From NCBI GenBank assembly GCA_030604855.1, contig JAUVVC010000008.1, forward strand, positions 30,001-62,000: a stretch of DNA of 32,000 bases, written 5' to 3'. Origin of the DNA: Erysipelotrichaceae bacterium. Lineage in GTDB: Bacteria; Bacillota_I; Bacilli_A; Erysipelotrichales; Erysipelotrichaceae. Positions 28,381 to 32,000 of the stretch are shown here, in pieces (the stretch's first letter is position 1; each line of letters opens with the position of its first letter). Below the pieces are notes generated by a model that was not told the origin of the DNA, did no database searches, and saw only the letters and a list, made by a program, of their open reading frames with translations. Both the position numbers and the translations under genes were made by a program.

Positions 28381-28407
28381 AAGATGTCCTTTTAGGGCAT
28401 CTTTTTT
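28381..28407 (+). terminator. Terminator-like hairpin immediately upstream of the SD of the P-loop gene (terminator of the malic-enzyme operon and/or 5-prime leader structure)
   Basis: AAGATGTCC (28381-28389) pairs with GGGCATCTT (28395-28403) with one G-U pair, followed by TTTTTT. The SD AAAGGAG begins at 28408. A possible extended -10 TGtACAAT lies at 28372-28379, just upstream. Confidence 0.55.
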
Positions 28408-28418
28408 AAAGGAGTCCA

Positions 28419-29339
28419 ATGTCACTTAATATCGATCAATTTCGTTATGCCACTTACTTTGCCCCGAGAGGTAAAAAACGCATGCAAAGCTTGGGTAACC
28501 AAGTCAGTCAACGTTATCTCTTACCAACCGATAAACTCATTGGTGTGATTGGGGATGCGGGGAGTGGGAAGTCCTTGTTTATCAAAGGGATGTTTCCAGG
28601 CTTGGAGTTGACCAATGATGATGATGGCATCAACACCCGTCCCTGTCCTTTGATGCGGGACTATGGACGCTCGCGATTTACCGCACATTCGTATCACTTG
28701 GATGCACGCTTTGAATTGGCATTTCACCAAGTCTATGAATTGGTGGAAGCGATTCAAGCGGCGTTGAAAGACAACTCACGCATCATTGTCGAACACTTCG
28801 ATGCGCTGTACGACAATTTGCATCAAAACGCTAATCTCTTGATTGGTATTGGTGAGGAGATCATCATCGCACGTCCTACCTTGTTTGGACCAGAACCCGA
28901 TGAGTTGAAGAATGTGGTTTTTCGAACCATTCAATATCGAAGAATGGCGCATACGGCGGAAGATTGTCTGGTCCATGTATTGGAAGAAGAATACCACATC
29001 AAAATTGATGTCCACGGGGATGTCAAACACGGATTCATTCTTGGCTTCAATAAGAAGCCTCGTGTCTCGCTAAAACAACTCGAGAAGAAAGTGCGATCTT
29101 TGTTGGATCAACATCTACCGGTGACGTATCGGGACTTTGAACATATCCAGATCGGACCCAACATCACACAACACTGTACGGGTCCAAGAACACATGTTAA
29201 AAATACCGATCAAGTGGAGCATTTCAGAATTCTAGATCAATGGATCTATGATGAGAATCTTAAGGTCTATCAACTGATTGGTTTGGTTTCTAAAGAAGTT
29301 GTGCATGATATCCATAAAATCAATCAATATGCGGAATAA
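28419..29339 (+). CDS. Uncharacterised protein: N-terminal Walker-A P-loop region plus a C-terminal AlaRS/ThrRS/AlaX editing-domain-like (tRNA_SAD-like) region
   Basis: 306 aa. Walker A is GVIGDAGSGKS (aa 42-52). H-T-A-E-D-C-L-V-H (aa 178-186) resembles the editing-domain HxxxH region (HTATHLLH in AlaRS). C-T-G-P-R-T-H-V-K-N-T-D-Q-V-E-H-F-R-I (aa 253-271) resembles C-G-G-T-H-[AV]-x-x-T-G-x-I-G-x-F-[KR]-I. Good SD. The stop lies 9 nt before glmS. Confidence 0.75.
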   Translation: MSLNIDQFRYATYFAPRGKKRMQSLGNQVSQRYLLPTDKLIGVIGDAGSGKSLFIKGMFPGLELTNDDDGINTRPCPLMRDYGRSRFTAHSYHLDARFELAFHQVYELVEAIQAALKDNSRIIVEHFDALYDNLHQNANLLIGIGEEIIIARPTLFGPEPDELKNVVFRTIQYRRMAHTAEDCLVHVLEEEYHIKIDVHGDVKHGFILGFNKKPRVSLKQLEKKVRSLLDQHLPVTYRDFEHIQIGPNITQHCTGPRTHVKNTDQVEHFRILDQWIYDENLKVYQLIGLVSKEVVHDIHKINQYAE

Positions 29340-29348
29340 GGAGCAAAT

Positions 29349-29756
29349 ATGGAAACAGTCGTAATCGGAGTCATTGGAGCGGATGTTCATGCGGTAGGCA
29401 ATCGCATCATTGAATATGCTTTGAAGCAAGCGGGTTTCAATGTCGTCAATCTGGGGGTCATGGTCAGCCAGCAGGAATTTTTGGATGCGGTCATAGAGAC
29501 CAATGCCAAAGCGGTTATCGTCTCAAGCCTCTATGGCCATGGGGAACTGGATTGTCGTGGCATGGGAGATCGTTTCATTGAAGCGGGTTATGGTCATGTC
29601 TTGTTGTATATTGGGGGGAATCTTGTCATTGGCAAGACCGATTTCAGTGAAGTGGAAGTCAAGTTCAAAGCCATGGGTTTTCATCGAGTCTTCCCTCCGA
29701 ACAGTGATATCAATGAAGGCATTGAACGTCTCAAAGAGGACTTATTGAAATCATGA
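29349..29756 (+). CDS. glmS: Glutamate mutase (methylaspartate mutase) small subunit S, adenosylcobalamin-binding
   Basis: 135 aa. [18 protein letters not shown] carries the B12-binding DxHxxG motif. Overall it resembles clostridial MutS/GlmS closely ([27 protein letters not shown]). Confidence 0.92.
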   Translation: METVVIGVIGADVHAVGNRIIEYALKQAGFNVVNLGVMVSQQEFLDAVIETNAKAVIVSSLYGHGELDCRGMGDRFIEAGYGHVLLYIGGNLVIGKTDFSEVEVKFKAMGFHRVFPPNSDINEGIERLKEDLLKS

Positions 29757-31102
29757 AACGTTATTGCTTAATGGATGTGGGTTCAACCTTCACCAAAGGA
29801 TGCTGGGTGGATACCGATCATGTTGGTGTATTGGCTTGGGCAAGCGCCCCAACAACCGCATCCAGTGATATCAATGAAGGCATACAAAATGTCTTGAATA
29901 AATTAAAAACAATTTATCCGGATTTCAACTATGAAAGCATGCGCTTGTGCAGTTCCGCTAAAGGCGGCTTGCGCATGGTCGCAATTGGATTGGTTGAAGA
30001 TCTGACCCTCAAGGCAGCACGCATGGCGTGTGCCAATGCGGGAGCGAAACTTGTGGGTGCTTACAGTCATAAAATCAATCTTCAAGAGTTGAAAGAAATT
30101 GAACATTTAAAGCCGGATATCATTCTCTTAAGTGGGGGCACCGATGGAGGCAATGAGGAAGTCGTACTCCATAACGCCAAACAACTTGCCAAATTGAACA
30201 CAGCTTTACCGATTCTTTATGCGGGGAATAAGAGTTGTCAGGATGAAATACAACAAATTTTAAATGAAGCCAAACATGATGTTCGCATCAGTGCGAACGT
30301 CATGCCTACTTATGGTGTCCTTAATGTCGAATCAGCACGAGATCAGATCCGTGCCTGTTTCCTTGAACAGATCATTGAAGCCAAAGGCTTAAGTGCTTTA
30401 AGCACAATTGTACAAGACATCATCATGCCGACTCCGGCCAGTGTCTTGGATGCCTTAAGTTTATTGGCGTATGGGACAAAAGATGAAAAGGGCTTAGGAG
30501 ATCTGATGGCGGTGGATGTCGGTGGCGCAACCACGGATGTGTACTCACTAACGAGCAATCAAGCAGCACCTTCGGGTGTACAGATCAAAGGTTTGATCGA
30601 ACCTTTGGCGAAACGTTCGGTTGAAGGTGATCTAGGATTGCGTATCTCTGCGAAACATGTCTTGGACTTGGATTCAGAACTTCATGAAAATGAGGACTTG
30701 TGTCGCTATGTCGATCGAATTACCCAGGAAATACATGGGACAAGCAATTCAAGTTTCGATATACGACTTGCCTCAAGCTGCGTCAAGATCGCAAGCCGTC
30801 GACATGCGGGTCGCTTGGAACAAATCTATACCCCGATGGGTTTGGAAACCATTCAATATGGGAAGGATTTAAGAACTGTGAAGACTTTGATCGGCATTGG
30901 GGGACCGATTGTCTATGCGGATGAGCCCAGTCTAATACTGAGTCAAGTCAAACAGACAGAAGCGGATATTTTATTGCCTCAGTCTTTGGAATTTATTTTG
31001 GATAAACAGTATGTCTTGAGTTGTTTGGGTTTGTTGGCAAAGACAGATCCAGAATGGACACTTAAAACAATGAAACATCATTTGGAGAAAATAAATGGCT
31101 AA
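29753..31102 (+). CDS. glmL: Glutamate mutase accessory protein L (GlmL/MutL, actin-fold ATPase-like putative reactivase)
   Basis: 449 aa. N-terminal [11 protein letters not shown] and a later [11 protein letters not shown] (ASKHA-type phosphate motifs). It sits between glmS and glmE as in clostridial clusters. ATGA overlap with glmS. Confidence 0.88.
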   Translation: MKRYCLMDVGSTFTKGCWVDTDHVGVLAWASAPTTASSDINEGIQNVLNKLKTIYPDFNYESMRLCSSAKGGLRMVAIGLVEDLTLKAARMACANAGAKLVGAYSHKINLQELKEIEHLKPDIILLSGGTDGGNEEVVLHNAKQLAKLNTALPILYAGNKSCQDEIQQILNEAKHDVRISANVMPTYGVLNVESARDQIRACFLEQIIEAKGLSALSTIVQDIIMPTPASVLDALSLLAYGTKDEKGLGDLMAVDVGGATTDVYSLTSNQAAPSGVQIKGLIEPLAKRSVEGDLGLRISAKHVLDLDSELHENEDLCRYVDRITQEIHGTSNSSFDIRLASSCVKIASRRHAGRLEQIYTPMGLETIQYGKDLRTVKTLIGIGGPIVYADEPSLILSQVKQTEADILLPQSLEFILDKQYVLSCLGLLAKTDPEWTLKTMKHHLEKING

Positions 31103-32000
31103 AATTGCATTGGAAGTATTTCTGGCAGAACGCGCTGAGGTTTTGAAAGCCTGGCCGACAGGGAAAGATGTTCATCTCGAAGAAGCGATTGAATATCAAA
31201 AGAGCATTCCGGATTCAAAGCGTTTCTCAAGTGTTCTTAAAAAAGCAGATCATGAACGTGAGACCTTGATTCAACCACGTGCAGGCGTAGCTTTACCTCA
31301 GGAACACCTCGCACTACTCAAACATCTACAAGATGAAGGAAAAGCGGATTTGTTGCCGACGACGATTGATAGCTATACGCGTCACAATCGTTATGTGGAA
31401 GCTCAGGTGGGGATTGATGAAAGCATCAAAACCGGAAAATCTTTATTGAACGGGTTTCCAGCCGTCAATCATGGCGTTGCCTTATGTCGGTCTTTGAATG
31501 ACGGACTGAAGGTTCCCCTTCAAGTACGACATGGGACACCCGATGCGCGCTTGTTGGCAGAGATCACATTGGCAGGCGGTTTCACTTCTTATGAAGGGGG
31601 CGGCATCTCCTATAACATACCTTACGGGAAGAACTATTCCTTAGAAAAAACGATACGCGATTGGCAATACGTGGATCGCTTGGTCGGTTACTACGAGGAA
31701 CAAGGCATTCGTATCAATCGTGAGCCTTTTGGACCTTTGACCGGAACCTTGGTTCCACCTTGCATCTCACACAGCGTTGCGATCTTGGAAGCTCTCTTAG
31801 CGGCTGAACAAGGTTGTAAGTGCATCACCGTCGGTTATGGACAATGTGGCAATCAGGCTCAAGACATTGCGGCGATCCGTTCACTTAAGCTTTTAACGAA
31901 AGAATATTTAGATCGCTTTGGGTACAACGATGTGCAAGTCACCACCGTCTTTCATCAATGGATGGGAGGCTTTCCACAGGATGAGGCTCAAGCCTATGGC
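31095..32000 (+). CDS. glmE: Glutamate mutase (methylaspartate mutase) large subunit E, N-terminal 302 codons; truncated by the window edge
   Basis: Hand translation from ATG 31095 (an 8-nt overlap with glmL) stays open to nt 32000: [26 protein letters not shown]...QPRAGVAL...[11 protein letters not shown]...[10 protein letters not shown]...[15 protein letters not shown]...[11 protein letters not shown]...[14 protein letters not shown]...[13 protein letters not shown]. From my memory of the family, this is near-colinear with clostridial GlmE/MutE. It is not in the ORF track because it has no stop codon. Confidence 0.9.
   Translation, partial: MAKIALEVFLAERAEVLKAWPTGKDVHLEEAIEYQKSIPDSKRFSSVLKKADHERETLIQPRAGVALPQEHLALLKHLQDEGKADLLPTTIDSYTRHNRYVEAQVGIDESIKTGKSLLNGFPAVNHGVALCRSLNDGLKVPLQVRHGTPDARLLAEITLAGGFTSYEGGGISYNIPYGKNYSLEKTIRDWQYVDRLVGYYEEQGIRINREPFGPLTGTLVPPCISHSVAILEALLAAEQGCKCITVGYGQCGNQAQDIAAIRSLKLLTKEYLDRFGYNDVQVTTVFHQWMGGFPQDEAQAYG

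Noticed and set aside
28288-28418. Possible cobalamin riboswitch upstream of the B12-dependent glutamate mutase operon.
   Set aside because: The region is only about 130 nt, AT-rich and lacks a B12-box-like GC-rich core. The single hairpin is explained as a terminator or 5-prime stem-loop. A covariance-model scan would be needed to exclude a riboswitch formally.

Overview
This 32-kb chromosomal segment looks like a low-GC Gram-positive (Bacillota-type) genome. It has AGGAGG-type Shine-Dalgarno sites, a PRD/PTS sugar regulon, cre-like boxes and tightly coupled or overlapping operons. I can support 34 protein-coding genes: 33 complete, plus one running off the right edge that is missing from the ORF track because it has no stop codon in the window. 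I found no rRNA, tRNA, CRISPR array, transposase, integrase or phage genes, and no recognisable defence system. Left to right the content is as follows. (1) A small hypothetical gene. (2) A LicR-type PRD activator divergent from a cellobiose-family PTS EIIA-EIIB-EIIC plus GH1 6-phospho-beta-glucosidase operon. (3) LysR, MATE, MFS and aldo/keto reductase genes. (4) A PadR, DUF2812 and unknown membrane-anchored protein operon. (5) A VOC/PhnB-like protein. (6) A 7TM-GGDEF diguanylate cyclase. (7) A minus-strand MhqR-like quinone-detoxification operon (ring-cleaving dioxygenase, MarR, carboxylesterase) with a perfect palindromic operator inside its promoter. (8) A 3-hydroxyacyl-CoA dehydrogenase. 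(9) A second GH1 enzyme. (10) A translationally coupled ElaA-type GNAT and DUF2200 pair. (11) An alpha/beta hydrolase. (12) An HMA metallochaperone, P1B ATPase and Crp/Fnr (FLP-like) operon preceded by a TTTGAC-N4-GTCAAA box. (13) A NapH-like membrane polyferredoxin. (14) A two-subunit Fe-S (class I) fumarase-type hydro-lyase plus malic enzyme. (15) A glutamate mutase cluster (glmS-glmL-glmE, with glmE truncated) headed by an uncharacterised ORF. The most unusual item is that heading ORF, a 306-aa protein that combines an N-terminal Walker-A P-loop with a C-terminal segment resembling the AlaRS/ThrRS/AlaX editing motif (tRNA_SAD). It sits 9 nt upstream of glmS. Secondary items are the atypical CPG (not CPC/SPC) transmembrane metal motif of the P1B ATPase and its apparently FLP-controlled promoter, and the possibility that the fumarase-type enzyme is a mesaconase. 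Everything else looks like ordinary housekeeping or accessory metabolism. All functional calls rest on motif-level reading of the translations. No database search was possible.
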